This document shows, piece after piece, positions 31,782 through 41,500 of a stretch of DNA of 64,000 nt (position 1 is the first letter of the stretch; every line of letters begins with the position of its first letter). The notes beneath the pieces were generated by a model, which searched no databases, was not told the origin of the DNA, and saw nothing but the letters and a program-made list of their open reading frames with translations. The position numbers were made by a program, and so were the translations under genes. Source of the DNA: an uncultured Trueperaceae bacterium. Lineage in GTDB: Bacteria; Deinococcota; Deinococci; Deinococcales; Trueperaceae. The DNA lies in contig CAVSGP010000004.1 of the NCBI GenBank assembly GCA_963727505.1, forward strand, positions 1,014,598 through 1,078,597. The letters are read 5' to 3'.

Positions 31782-32330
31782 ATGAGCGTCAAACCGGATT
31801 GGTGGATCCGCGAGCGTGCCGCTGCCGGCATGATCGAACCCTTCGAGGACGGGCTGGTGCGCGAGGGCGTCATCAGCTACGGCCTCAGCAGCTTCGGCTA
31901 CGACCTGCGCGCGGCACCGGAGTGGCGCATCTTCGTCAACGCCTTCAACTCGGTCGTGGACCCCAAGCACTTCGACACCCGCAGCCTGGTGGAGTTCGAG
32001 GGGGACGAGTGCATCATCCCGCCGAACAGCTTCGTGCTCACGCGCTCGGTGGAATACCTGCGCGTCCCCGAGGACGTGATGGTGCTGGCGCTCGGGAAAT
32101 CGAGCTACGCCCGCTGCGGCATCGTCGCCAACGTCACGCCGCTCGAGCCGGGCTGGGAGGGGCACGTGACCCTGGAGTTGTCCAACACCACCCCTCTCCC
32201 CGCCAAGGTGTACGCCAACGAGGGGATCGTGCAGCTCGTCTTCTTCCAGGGCGACCGGCCCAAGCAGACCTACGCGGAACGCAAGGGCAAGTACCAGGGG
32301 CAACGCGGCGTCACCCTTCCGCGTCTGTAG
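31782..32330 (+). CDS. dcd: dCTP deaminase
   Basis: [29 protein letters not shown] and KYQGQRG. Confidence 0.97.
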   Translation: MSVKPDWWIRERAAAGMIEPFEDGLVREGVISYGLSSFGYDLRAAPEWRIFVNAFNSVVDPKHFDTRSLVEFEGDECIIPPNSFVLTRSVEYLRVPEDVMVLALGKSSYARCGIVANVTPLEPGWEGHVTLELSNTTPLPAKVYANEGIVQLVFFQGDRPKQTYAERKGKYQGQRGVTLPRL

Positions 32331-32363
32331 GCACCGAAGCGTCGGCGCCCGCCCCGCCCGGCG

Positions 32364-33719
32364 TCAGGCTTCGCTCTCGTCGCCCAGCTCGACGCCGGGC
32401 AGCCGGATGGTGAAGCGGGTGCGGCCCGGCTCGCTCTCGACGTCGATCGAGCCGCCGTGGTGCCGCGCGATCTGCTCGGCGATGGCGAGACCGAGGCCCG
32501 CACCCCCGCCCGCCCCCTTGTAGAACTTCTCGAAGATGTGCGGTAGCACCTCCTGCGCGATCCCCGGCCCGTCGTCGGTCACGCCCAGCACGACGTTGCC
32601 GTCGTTCAGGCGCAACGACACCTCCACGCCCTCGCCACCGCCGCTGGCGCGCACCGCGTTGGCCACGAGGTTGCGCACGAGCTGCCGCAGTCGCTCCGGA
32701 TCGCCCAGCACCAGCCCTCCCGAGGCGCACCGCAGGCGCACCCCGGGGAACTCCTCGGCGACCGGTTGGAGAACGTCCTCGGCGGGATCCACCAGGTGGG
32801 TGGAGACGTCCTCGGGCACCAACTCGCCGCGCGAGAGCTGCAACAGGTCCTCGACCAGCCTGTTCATGGTGCCGCTGACGCGCAGCGCATCCTCCAGATC
32901 GCGGCGGGCGCGCTCGTCGCTGTGGCGCTTGGCGCGTTCCAGGAAACCCTGCAGGCTGGTGAGCGGAGTCCGGAGCTCGTGGCTGGTCTCGGCCAGGAAG
33001 GCTCGTTGCGCGTCCATGGCTTCCTGAAGCCGGTGCAGCAGCCCGTTGAGACTGAACGTAAGCCTCCCCACCTCGTCGCCCGGGCCCTCGTAGGGGATGG
33101 GCTCCAGCCGCTCCGGCCCCAGCGCCGCGGCCAACCGCGCCAGGCGCGCGATCGGCTGGATCGCCGCCGCCGCCACGAGGTAGCCCACCACGGCGCTCAG
33201 CAGCACCAGTGCCAGCCCCGTGAACAGGAGCGCTCGCGACAGCCCGGCGAGCGCCAGGCCGATGTAGTTCGGGTCTGCCAGTACCGCCACCTCACCTACG
33301 TCGAAGGGGGCCAGCGCCGCCTCCATGCGCTTGCCGGCCAGGCGCCCGCTCCACAGCAGGCTGCCGGAGCGCGCCGAGGCCACGTCGGACGGCGGGATCG
33401 CAGCCTGCGCCTGCTCGAACTCCGGCTTCGAGGCCACCAGCAGCATGCCTTTGGGGTCGTACACCTGCACGACCACGCCGCCGGTGGGGCCGGTGACGCG
33501 CGTGCGCGCGCTGCCCTGACCGCCTTCACGGTAGAGCGTGGCCACCGCGGCGGCGTCCTGCCGCAGAGCGTGGCGCAGGTCGGCGTAGAGGCTGGAGCGC
33601 ACCACGAAGTAGGCGGCCACGATCCCCACCACCGTCAGCACGGCGATGGCGAGTCCGGCCAGCACGGCCACGCGCCAGGTCAGCGGCAACCCGCCCGTGC
33701 GCAGGGGCCGGGGCCTCAT
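32364..33719 (-). CDS. Sensor histidine kinase (2 TM, HAMP, HisKA, HATPase)
   Basis: SHELRTPLT, NLVANA, DDGPGI and GAGLGLAI. Confidence 0.95.
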   Translation of the reverse strand: MRPRPLRTGGLPLTWRVAVLAGLAIAVLTVVGIVAAYFVVRSSLYADLRHALRQDAAAVATLYREGGQGSARTRVTGPTGGVVVQVYDPKGMLLVASKPEFEQAQAAIPPSDVASARSGSLLWSGRLAGKRMEAALAPFDVGEVAVLADPNYIGLALAGLSRALLFTGLALVLLSAVVGYLVAAAAIQPIARLARLAAALGPERLEPIPYEGPGDEVGRLTFSLNGLLHRLQEAMDAQRAFLAETSHELRTPLTSLQGFLERAKRHSDERARRDLEDALRVSGTMNRLVEDLLQLSRGELVPEDVSTHLVDPAEDVLQPVAEEFPGVRLRCASGGLVLGDPERLRQLVRNLVANAVRASGGGEGVEVSLRLNDGNVVLGVTDDGPGIAQEVLPHIFEKFYKGAGGGAGLGLAIAEQIARHHGGSIDVESEPGRTRFTIRLPGVELGDESEA

Positions 33720-33825
33720 CGGGCCGGTATCCCGGGCCTCCGCGGGCCCCGATGGCCCGCTTGCGTCCCCAAGCGTGCGCGCCGGGTCGGCGTCGCGACG
33801 GCATCCCGGCCGCGTCCGGCCACCG

Positions 33826-34494
33826 TCAGGACTTCAGCGCGTAGCCGATGCCCCGCACCGTCCGGATCACCCCGTAGCCGCCGGCGTCGCGCAACTTCCC
33901 GCGGATGTTGGCGATGTGCACGTCCACGACGTTGCTGGAGGGCGGAAGGTTCTCGCCCCACACGTTGGTCTCGATCTCCTTGCGACTGTACACGCGTCCC
34001 GGCTGACTGGCGAGGTAGGCCAGCAGGTCGTACTCGCGCGGGCTGAGGCGCACCTCGTCGTCCCCCCAGAAGACCTGCCTCCGGACAGGATCGATGGTCA
34101 TGTCACCGACCTTGCGCGTGGACCCCAGGCTGCGCTTCCGGAGCTGCACGTTGATGCGGGCGACCAGCTCCTCGACGTGGAACGGCTTGGCCAGGTAGTC
34201 GTCGGCGCCGGCATTGAGCATGTCGACCTTGGTGTTCAGTTCGTCGGCGGCGGTCAGGATGACGATCGGCGTGTCACCGGTACGGCGCACCCGCCGCGCG
34301 ATCTCCTGGCCGCTCAGGTCCGGCAGGCCCAGGTCGAGGACCACCAGGTCCGGCTCCACCTCGCGGATGGCCGAGAGTCCGCGGATGCCGCTCTCGAAGG
34401 CCAGGACCTCATAGCCCGCATCCTGCAGCTCCAAGGTGAGCAGCCGCAGGATGTCGACGTCGTCTTCTACGATGAGGATGCGCTTCTTCGACAC
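33826..34494 (-). CDS. OmpR-family response regulator
   Basis: VEDD, LDLGLP, GADDYLAKPF and IRTVRGIGY. Confidence 0.96.
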   Translation of the reverse strand: MSKKRILIVEDDVDILRLLTLELQDAGYEVLAFESGIRGLSAIREVEPDLVVLDLGLPDLSGQEIARRVRRTGDTPIVILTAADELNTKVDMLNAGADDYLAKPFHVEELVARINVQLRKRSLGSTRKVGDMTIDPVRRQVFWGDDEVRLSPREYDLLAYLASQPGRVYSRKEIETNVWGENLPPSSNVVDVHIANIRGKLRDAGGYGVIRTVRGIGYALKS

Positions 34495-34872
34495 CTAGTC
34501 CCCCTTCCCAGGAGCGATGGCAAGGGTGATGTCGCGCTGCTCGAGCACCGCCCGAAGCGACACCGGCTGGTCGCTCTCGGGGAACTGCAGCAAGATGTCC
34601 TTCCCGTCCACGCTGATCCTGCCGCTGATGGCGCGGGCGCCGCTCAACGCCGCCGCGCGCTCGGCCTGGGTAGCGTCGGGGGGGAAGAACAGCAGGCGCA
34701 ACTCGGTTCCGGGCGCGGGCGCGGTAGGGAAGGTGAGCCGCGCATCCTGGATCCGAGCGCTGGCATAGACCGTCAGCAGGTCCGGAGACACCAGGCGCAC
34801 CTCGGTGCCCGCCGGCAGGGCAGGAAGAACGAGCACGCTCTGCGCCACGAGCATGATGATGCCCGCGTTCAC
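34495..34872 (-). CDS. Hypothetical protein abutting the response regulator
   Basis: VNAGIIMLVAQSVLVLP..VRLVSPDL; stop immediately precedes the regulator GTG; start uncertain. Confidence 0.7.
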   Translation of the reverse strand: MNAGIIMLVAQSVLVLPALPAGTEVRLVSPDLLTVYASARIQDARLTFPTAPAPGTELRLLFFPPDATQAERAAALSGARAISGRISVDGKDILLQFPESDQPVSLRAVLEQRDITLAIAPGKGD

Positions 34873-35234
34873 GGCCGTTGCCCCGGATTCCAACCCCGAT
34901 CCATGACCCCATGCTACCAGCGCGCCATGAATGCGCTGCTGGAGCGGCTTAAGGGAACCTTCATGGGTCCCGACCGATGCCCGGCACGCCGCACGGCTCC
35001 GCCGGGACAGGGCCGGCAGTCCAGTGCAGCCTGCGGCAGTCCGAGAAATGCGCTCGGGGAGGCACCAGAGTGAATGACCTAACCCCGCGGGCCCGCCCCG
35101 TCGGTCATCATGGACGCGGTGTGAAAGCGCGCGGGAGAGGGGCGCAGCAGACGGCCGCCGCCGCGGAGGCGGCGGGCAGGCACGTGGACGCCGAGCCGGA
35201 CGCCTCCCCGACCTACCGCATGAAGGGGTCTCGC

Positions 35235-36935
35235 ATGAGCCATCCACCGGTCCCGAGCTGGGCCGCGCACGCCGTCGCCCTGTCGCCCGTCGGTCCCATC
35301 GCCGCGAAGCCGCGCCCGTCGCGGTTGCTGGGCACCGCCCTGCTGGCCGTGGCGCTGCTCCTCGGCCATGGCATCGGCCACGCGCAGAGCTTCGACGCCA
35401 ACCGCTACTACCAGCAGTGCCTTCGCTTCGAGGCCGGCGGCGATCTCGAGACTGCGCGCCAGAGCTGCCTCAACGCGCTACAGATCAACCCCGGCATGGT
35501 GGACGCGACGCTGGCGCTCGCCCGCATCGAGCTCGAGCTCGGGATGACCGGCTCGGCCGAGCAACGCCTCCTACAGATCCGCGACCAGACCTCCAGCGCC
35601 GAGCCGCTGGTGCTGCTCGCACAGGCCACCGTGCAGCTCGACCGCTACGCCGAAGCCGACGCCTTCCTGCAGGAAGCGCAGACCCGGCTCTCCAAGCAAC
35701 CCAATCGGCAACTCTCGGCCAGGGTCGCCTTCCTCCAAGGCGAGGTCGAGCAGCACGGCGGGCTCTACAACGCGGCGCTCGCCGCCTACGGCTCCGCCGT
35801 GGAGCAGGACAGCCTCAACGTCGACTACCGCCTGGCCGAGGCCCGGCTGCGCTTCGACCTCGGCGACCCGTCGAGCGCACGCGATCAGCTCGAGGCTTAC
35901 ATGAAGCTCTCGGGTGACACCAAGAATCCCGACGTCCACGCTCTCATCGGTACCGCGCTGTGGTCGATGGGGAACCTGACCGCCGCCGCCGGCGAGCTCG
36001 AGACGGCGCTGGCGCTGCGGAACTCGCGCGACACCACCGCGCAGGCCGGTGACCTCCGCAAGCTCGCGCTGGTCTACTACGCCCAGGGTGAGGTGCAGTC
36101 GGGAGGCTTGGCGTTGCGCGAGGCCACCCGACGCGGGAACCTGCAGACCCTGCTCGTCAGCAACGGGCTGCTGTGGCTGCTGCTCCTGCTGTTCCTGGTG
36201 GCCGTCCACCTGATGGGTGAGAGCCGCATCGCCAACACCACCACGCTCGAGGTGGTGGAGGGTCCGCAGGAGTGGAGCGTCGGGCAGGCCTACGGCGTGC
36301 TCGTGGCGAGCCTGCTGCTGGCGGCACTGGCGGCGCTCGTCTACAGCCTGGCGGTGTACAACAACGCCCTTGCCTTCCTCACCCCACTCCAGGAGACCAA
36401 CGTTCGAGCGGTGTTCCTGATCGCACTGTCGCTGCTGCTGGTCGGGCTCACCTGGCGCCGTGCCAGCATGAACGGCTGGGACCCCGTCGAGCGGCTGCTG
36501 GGCAGCGGCGAGCAGGCCATGGCCGGCATCGGGCTGGGCATCGTGCTGCTCGCCGCCGTGCTGGCGTACCTCGCCTACGTCCCACGTGGGGGGCTGCTGG
36601 GGCCCTTCTACCTGAACCTCACCCATCTGACGCCGCTGGTGATCGCGGCGCTGGTGCTGCTTCCGCTCACGGAGCTCTTCTTCCGCGGTTTTCTCATCCC
36701 GCCGTTGCGGCGGCGCTACGACGCCACCATCGCAACGATCGCGTCGGCCGCGCTCTACGGCCTGGTGCTGGTCACGCCGGTCGCCCTGCTGTTCGCGTTC
36801 GGGCTGACGCTCGCGGAAGTGTTCCGCCGCCGTTCCAACGGCATCACCCCGCTGCTGGCGCAGCTCGTGCTGAACGTGGGGTTGGTGCTGGCCGTCGTCC
36901 TGAGCCCCTGGGCACGTAGTCTGTTCCTGCCCTGA
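35235..36935 (+). CDS. TPR-repeat protein fused to a degenerate CPBP (CAAX/Abi) membrane domain
   Basis: Signal-like segment, TPR helices, multi-TM C-terminus with TELFFRG; start uncertain. Confidence 0.8.
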   Translation: MSHPPVPSWAAHAVALSPVGPIAAKPRPSRLLGTALLAVALLLGHGIGHAQSFDANRYYQQCLRFEAGGDLETARQSCLNALQINPGMVDATLALARIELELGMTGSAEQRLLQIRDQTSSAEPLVLLAQATVQLDRYAEADAFLQEAQTRLSKQPNRQLSARVAFLQGEVEQHGGLYNAALAAYGSAVEQDSLNVDYRLAEARLRFDLGDPSSARDQLEAYMKLSGDTKNPDVHALIGTALWSMGNLTAAAGELETALALRNSRDTTAQAGDLRKLALVYYAQGEVQSGGLALREATRRGNLQTLLVSNGLLWLLLLLFLVAVHLMGESRIANTTTLEVVEGPQEWSVGQAYGVLVASLLLAALAALVYSLAVYNNALAFLTPLQETNVRAVFLIALSLLLVGLTWRRASMNGWDPVERLLGSGEQAMAGIGLGIVLLAAVLAYLAYVPRGGLLGPFYLNLTHLTPLVIAALVLLPLTELFFRGFLIPPLRRRYDATIATIASAALYGLVLVTPVALLFAFGLTLAEVFRRRSNGITPLLAQLVLNVGLVLAVVLSPWARSLFLP

Positions 36936-36967
36936 GCCCATCTCCGGCCGCGTAGGCTGGAAGCGGC

Positions 36968-37318
36968 ATGGTCGAGGATCTGTCGATCGACCTCTTCTAT
37001 CTGGCGCTGGGCCCCGTCGACCGCTCCGGCGTCGTCGTGCTGGAGGGGCGTCAGGGCAGATGGCTGCCCGTCTTCTCGAGCCGGGAGGCCGCGCAGCGGC
37101 TGCGCGACCGTGCGCCGGCCGGCGTGCGCGTGGCTTCGGCGCCGGCGAACGATCCGCGCGCCCGCGAGGAGTTCCTGCTCGCCAGCCTGCAGGCCGGAGC
37201 CGAGGTGGTGGCGCTCGACCCAGACCCGGAAGACGGCGGCATCACCCACCCAACGACGTCGGTGCGCTCGGCGCTGGCCTACGTGCAGTCGTTGCGCAAC
37301 GGCACGGCCTGCCTGTGA
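36968..37318 (+). CDS. Hypothetical protein
   Basis: Plausible ORF (WLPVFSSREAA, weakly SseB-like); TAGGCT upstream. Confidence 0.65.
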   Translation: MVEDLSIDLFYLALGPVDRSGVVVLEGRQGRWLPVFSSREAAQRLRDRAPAGVRVASAPANDPRAREEFLLASLQAGAEVVALDPDPEDGGITHPTTSVRSALAYVQSLRNGTACL

Positions 37319-37343
37319 GCGACCGGCGGCTGACGCCGCGGCG

Positions 37344-40154
37344 TCAGAACGGCAGCCCCAGACCGAACGCGAGCCACCAGCCTTCGGCGTAGCCGCCTCG
37401 CACGCCCACGCGCACCACCCCGTCGTAGTCCAGCACGGTGTCGGCCCACAGTCCGACGTCGCCTCCCACCCCGACGCGCGATGCCCAGGCGCCCCCCGCC
37501 CCGGTCGCCGGGCCGGTCCCCCCCCACAGCCGGACGGCGGGTTGGACGTCGATGCGCTCCAGGGCCGCGAGCCCGTCGGCCAGACGCCAGCGCACGGGCA
37601 CCGACAGGCGCGCTCCCAGCGAGGCGATGACGGCGAGCTCGGGCAGCGCCACCGGCACCGGCGGGAGCGGTCGGTAGCCCGCGGTCAAGGCCAGCTGGGG
37701 GTGCACCATCGGTGCCACGGACGGCCACCACTGCGCCTCCCCCCAGGCGCCCGCGGACGGGCCGGCGGCGCCGTAGCTCCAGCGCGCGCGCACGGCGAAC
37801 GACTCCCCTCCCGACACCGCGCCGAAGGCATCGACCGAGCGGGCGTCGGCGAACGCGTCGATGCCAATCTCGGGTCGCCAGCCGGCCAGCGAGGGTGCGC
37901 CGATGAAGCTCCCGGAAACCTCCAGGGAACCTGCGAAGCGGTCCACCGGCGCGCGCAGCAACGCCTCCGCCTGAACGCCGTAGGCGGTCTCGTCGACCGG
38001 CCCCAGGTAGGCACCGTGCGGCCAGGCGCCGAGGCGCACCGCCACCCCCAGCGGAGGCGGCGGACCGGGCGCGGCGACCGGGTTGGGCATGTTCCAGGCG
38101 TAGCGAACCGAGCCGTAGCCGCCCGCGAGCGGTCCCCGTAGGGCCGAGTCGTAGCCCACGGTGAGATCGAGCGCGTGCCGCGCACTGTCGTCCAGGCCCA
38201 GCGCAGTGATCTCCAGTCCGGCGCCGAGGGGCCGCAGCGACACCCGGGCGGCGCTGGGCCACCAGCCGTAGGGCAGCAGGCTCGGCCAGGGGCTGTAGGG
38301 CGTATCAGGGTAGGGGGCGGCTGCCGCGGTCCCCGGGCCGCCGCCGGAGACCTGGGTTCCGGCGAACGTTCGGGGGGCGGCGTCCCGGGGGGCGACGGAC
38401 GTTCGGGTGCGGGGGAGCTCCGCGCCGCGCGGTAGCGGCGCGGCCGCAGCGGCGCCGGGCCCCGACGAGCCCCCGTCCGCAGCGACCGCACCGCTAGCCT
38501 GCAGCGGCTCGAACGCCAAGGCGTAGCCATCCCCCCGGACCGTCCGGAACAAGGCTCCGCCGGGCACCGCCACCGGCTCCTCCGCCCCACCCAGCGCATG
38601 CGTCAGGGGCGGTCCGCCGGCCGTGACCCCGCCCCCGACGAGCGCGCGGTAGAGCTGGAACAGTCCGCTCGCGTCGCTCGAGTACAGCAGCGTGCCCTCC
38701 CCCACCCAGCGGGGCGCCAGCTCGCTCGCACCGTCCGAGGTCAAAAACGTGAGGCCGTCCGCCCCAAGCAGAGCGAGGTCCACGCCGCCCGGGCGGTACA
38801 GGCTCAGCGCCACCCGGCCGCCGGCACTCACCGCCAGCCCGACGACATGCGTGCCCGCGGGCGCGTCCCAGACCGTGCGCTCCGAGCTGCCGGCGCACCA
38901 GCGGCGCAACGACGCGCCCCCGGGCACCGCGTCGCGCACGTAGAGCAGACAACCCGCACCGTCGGCGCGGGGCAGGTGCGCGTGCGCGCCATGCGTGAGG
39001 CGACGGACCGCGCCGCTGCGGACGTCCAGCGCGAACAGGTCGCTGTCGTAGCGCCCGGCCGCGCGGCCCACCGCCGCCATCACCACCGTGTGATCATCGA
39101 GCCAGGTGAGGCCCGTGGCGGCGGGCCTGGTGTGGAGGGTGTGGGCGCCGGCCAGCGCACCCCCCTGCCACGTCGCCAACCGCACGCCGCCGGCGACCGG
39201 CCAGGCGAGGGTGCGGCCGTCGCCGGCCAGGGCGGGGGCACCGAGCGTCGAGGCCGCCGGCTCGAGCCCGCCGGGCACGCTCAGGCTCCCCTGCTCGCGC
39301 GCCTGCGCTGCCAACCCGTTCGACCAGGACGTCCACTCCGCCTCCAGATCGGTGCCGACCGCGCGTTTCCAGGCCGCGTCGAACGGTAGCAGGTAAGCGC
39401 CGGACTGGAAGACGTGGAGCGCGCGCACCAGCGCGTCGAAACCGTGGGCCTTCACCAGGTGGTCGATGAAGGAGGCGCCCAGCAGGTAGCGGGCGCGCCC
39501 GCCCGGCCAGCGCTGGTAGCTGATGAGACTCACGTCGGCGAGCGTCGGGAAGCTACCCTGCGCCGCCAGGGTCCACAGCAGGGCGCGGGTGCGGGCGTCG
39601 TCGAGCCGCCCGCCCAGCCCGCCGGTCGACTCCACCCAGGTGGCGATCCCCTCGAGCAGCCACGCCGGCGGGAGCACGGCCGTGCCCTGCCCCACCAGCC
39701 CGACGTGCGGCAGCGTGGCGCTGCCCGGCGGCACACGGGTATCGGTGAGCTGCACCAGGTGCGTGATCTCATGGCGCAGCACCAGCTCGGTCAGGTCGGG
39801 GCCGTGGAAGCCGACCGTCCCGTCCAGCGGGAACAACGGTCGGAAGGTCACGTGCGGCCGCGGCAGCGGCAGCGCGAAGGCGTTGAAGACGTCGTCGCCG
39901 CCCTGCAGCCGGATGCGGATGGGGAACGGTGTCCGTCCGAACAGTGCGGCGACGCGCAGCAGCTCGCTCTCGGCCGCCGCCGCCACCTGCTGGGCGTAGG
40001 GCGCGAGCGCAGGATCCTCGTACAGAACGTCGACGTGCGGGGCGTGGACGACGCGGGCGGCGACTGCGTGGGCGCCGGGTCCGACCACAAGCAGGAGCGC
40101 GGCCAGAAGCCTCAGCAGGCGTTGCCGCGCGCGACCTTCGACCGAGTCGGGCAT
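37344..40154 (-). CDS. Secreted zinc-metallopeptidase / beta-propeller / beta-barrel-like protein
   Basis: Signal peptide; HEITH followed by PAWLLEG; TolB-like repeats (LFALD..GAVRRLT, LYSSDASGLFQLY); beta-rich tail ending GLPF. Confidence 0.8.
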   Translation of the reverse strand: MPDSVEGRARQRLLRLLAALLLVVGPGAHAVAARVVHAPHVDVLYEDPALAPYAQQVAAAAESELLRVAALFGRTPFPIRIRLQGGDDVFNAFALPLPRPHVTFRPLFPLDGTVGFHGPDLTELVLRHEITHLVQLTDTRVPPGSATLPHVGLVGQGTAVLPPAWLLEGIATWVESTGGLGGRLDDARTRALLWTLAAQGSFPTLADVSLISYQRWPGGRARYLLGASFIDHLVKAHGFDALVRALHVFQSGAYLLPFDAAWKRAVGTDLEAEWTSWSNGLAAQAREQGSLSVPGGLEPAASTLGAPALAGDGRTLAWPVAGGVRLATWQGGALAGAHTLHTRPAATGLTWLDDHTVVMAAVGRAAGRYDSDLFALDVRSGAVRRLTHGAHAHLPRADGAGCLLYVRDAVPGGASLRRWCAGSSERTVWDAPAGTHVVGLAVSAGGRVALSLYRPGGVDLALLGADGLTFLTSDGASELAPRWVGEGTLLYSSDASGLFQLYRALVGGGVTAGGPPLTHALGGAEEPVAVPGGALFRTVRGDGYALAFEPLQASGAVAADGGSSGPGAAAAAPLPRGAELPRTRTSVAPRDAAPRTFAGTQVSGGGPGTAAAAPYPDTPYSPWPSLLPYGWWPSAARVSLRPLGAGLEITALGLDDSARHALDLTVGYDSALRGPLAGGYGSVRYAWNMPNPVAAPGPPPPLGVAVRLGAWPHGAYLGPVDETAYGVQAEALLRAPVDRFAGSLEVSGSFIGAPSLAGWRPEIGIDAFADARSVDAFGAVSGGESFAVRARWSYGAAGPSAGAWGEAQWWPSVAPMVHPQLALTAGYRPLPPVPVALPELAVIASLGARLSVPVRWRLADGLAALERIDVQPAVRLWGGTGPATGAGGAWASRVGVGGDVGLWADTVLDYDGVVRVGVRGGYAEGWWLAFGLGLPF

Positions 40155-40199
40155 GGCGCAGTATAGGTGGGCACAGAATAGGCGGGCACAGAATAGGCG
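40155..40199. repeat. 3 x 15-bp tandem repeat directly upstream of the start codon
   Basis: GGCGCAGTATAGGTG / GGCACAGAATAGGCG / GGCACAGAATAGGCG. Confidence 0.85.
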
Positions 40200-40276
40200 G
40201 GCGCGCGCCGCCAGCTCGGCGGGCTCCGCCACGTGCGGCGCCTGGCGCCGGTCCTCCTTCCCGCGGCCCGGGCCGG

Positions 40277-41425
40277 TCAGCGTCGTCGGCCGCGGCGCAA
40301 CTCGTCGAGGGCGTAGCGCGTGCCTCGCCACTCGATCTGACCGCGGTGCAGCGCCTTGGCCGCCGATGCCACGGCGGCGTAGGCCAGCAACGCCGCGCCC
40401 ACGGGGTGGAGCAGGAACAGCCAGGGGCTGTGCCGCTGTCGCGGGGCGTCGAAGGCGTAAACGAATGCGACGGTGGCCACCACCAGCGCGTAGACGCCGC
40501 GTGTGGCGCCGCCCACGAGCGGCAGCGCCAGGAAGGGCAGCACGTTGGTCACCAGCAGTGCGAGCACCACGACACTCAGCCGCAACGTCGAGTACCCCAG
40601 GCCGGCGAAGGCGTTCTTGTTCAGGCCGCGCAGCGCACTCCCGAGATCCGGGTACCACTCCACGGTCACGTCCTCTGCCCCGAACACCGCCTCCTGCCGC
40701 AGGCCCGCCCCCTTGACGAGCCGTCCCAGCTCGACGTCGTCGTCGGGGCGAAGGCGGATGGCAGCGTGCCCGCCCGCCCAACGGTAGGCGTCGGCGCGCA
40801 AGAGCGCGAACGCACCGATGCCGATGGAGGCCCGGCTGCGTGGATCGCGGGCACGCCAGGGGCGGGTGTAGACGGAGAACAGCAGCCCGAACGCGACGAC
40901 GAACGAGGCGAGCAGGGCGCCGCGGGCCTCCAGCCGGGGGAGCACCACCAGGTGGTCGAGCGCCCGGTCGAGGGCGTAGGCGAGCGAACGCCGCAGCGCG
41001 CCCGGCGCGAAGCGCACGTCGGCGTCGGTGAACAGCAGCCAGTCGCCCGCCGCTGCCTCGGCGCCACGCTGGAGGGCGTGCGTCTTGCCCAGCCAACCGC
41101 TCGGCAGCTCACGAACCGTGACCACGCGCACGCGCTCGTCGTGCCGCGCCACGTTCGCCGCGACGGCGCCGGTCCCATCGGTCGAGCGGTCGTCGACCAC
41201 CACGACCTCGAGTCCGGGCAGGTCTTGCGCCAGCAGCGTGCGCAGCGTCGCCCCCAGGGTTCCGGCCTCGTCGCGTGCCGGGATCACGACCGAGAGGGAC
41301 GGCCAGGCGCCCGGCAGCGGTGCCCGCGCCCGCCGCAGGCTCGCCATGCTGCGCACGCCCAGCGCCCAGTCGAGCGTGAGCCCCCACCACAACAGCACAG
41401 TGGCGACCGCGAGCGCGAGGAGCAT
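40277..41425 (-). CDS. GT2 glycosyltransferase (membrane, CrtQ-like)
   Basis: IPARDE, VDDRSTDGT, GWLGK, FTDAD, DDVELG and WRG tail. Confidence 0.9.
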   Translation of the reverse strand: MLLALAVATVLLWWGLTLDWALGVRSMASLRRARAPLPGAWPSLSVVIPARDEAGTLGATLRTLLAQDLPGLEVVVVDDRSTDGTGAVAANVARHDERVRVVTVRELPSGWLGKTHALQRGAEAAAGDWLLFTDADVRFAPGALRRSLAYALDRALDHLVVLPRLEARGALLASFVVAFGLLFSVYTRPWRARDPRSRASIGIGAFALLRADAYRWAGGHAAIRLRPDDDVELGRLVKGAGLRQEAVFGAEDVTVEWYPDLGSALRGLNKNAFAGLGYSTLRLSVVVLALLVTNVLPFLALPLVGGATRGVYALVVATVAFVYAFDAPRQRHSPWLFLLHPVGAALLAYAAVASAAKALHRGQIEWRGTRYALDELRRGRRR

Positions 41426-41500
41426 CGTCGACCACGCTACCGCCGGCTGGCGGCGAGGACCGCGCCGGCGGCTACCGTGCGGGCCGGTAGAATCGGGGCC

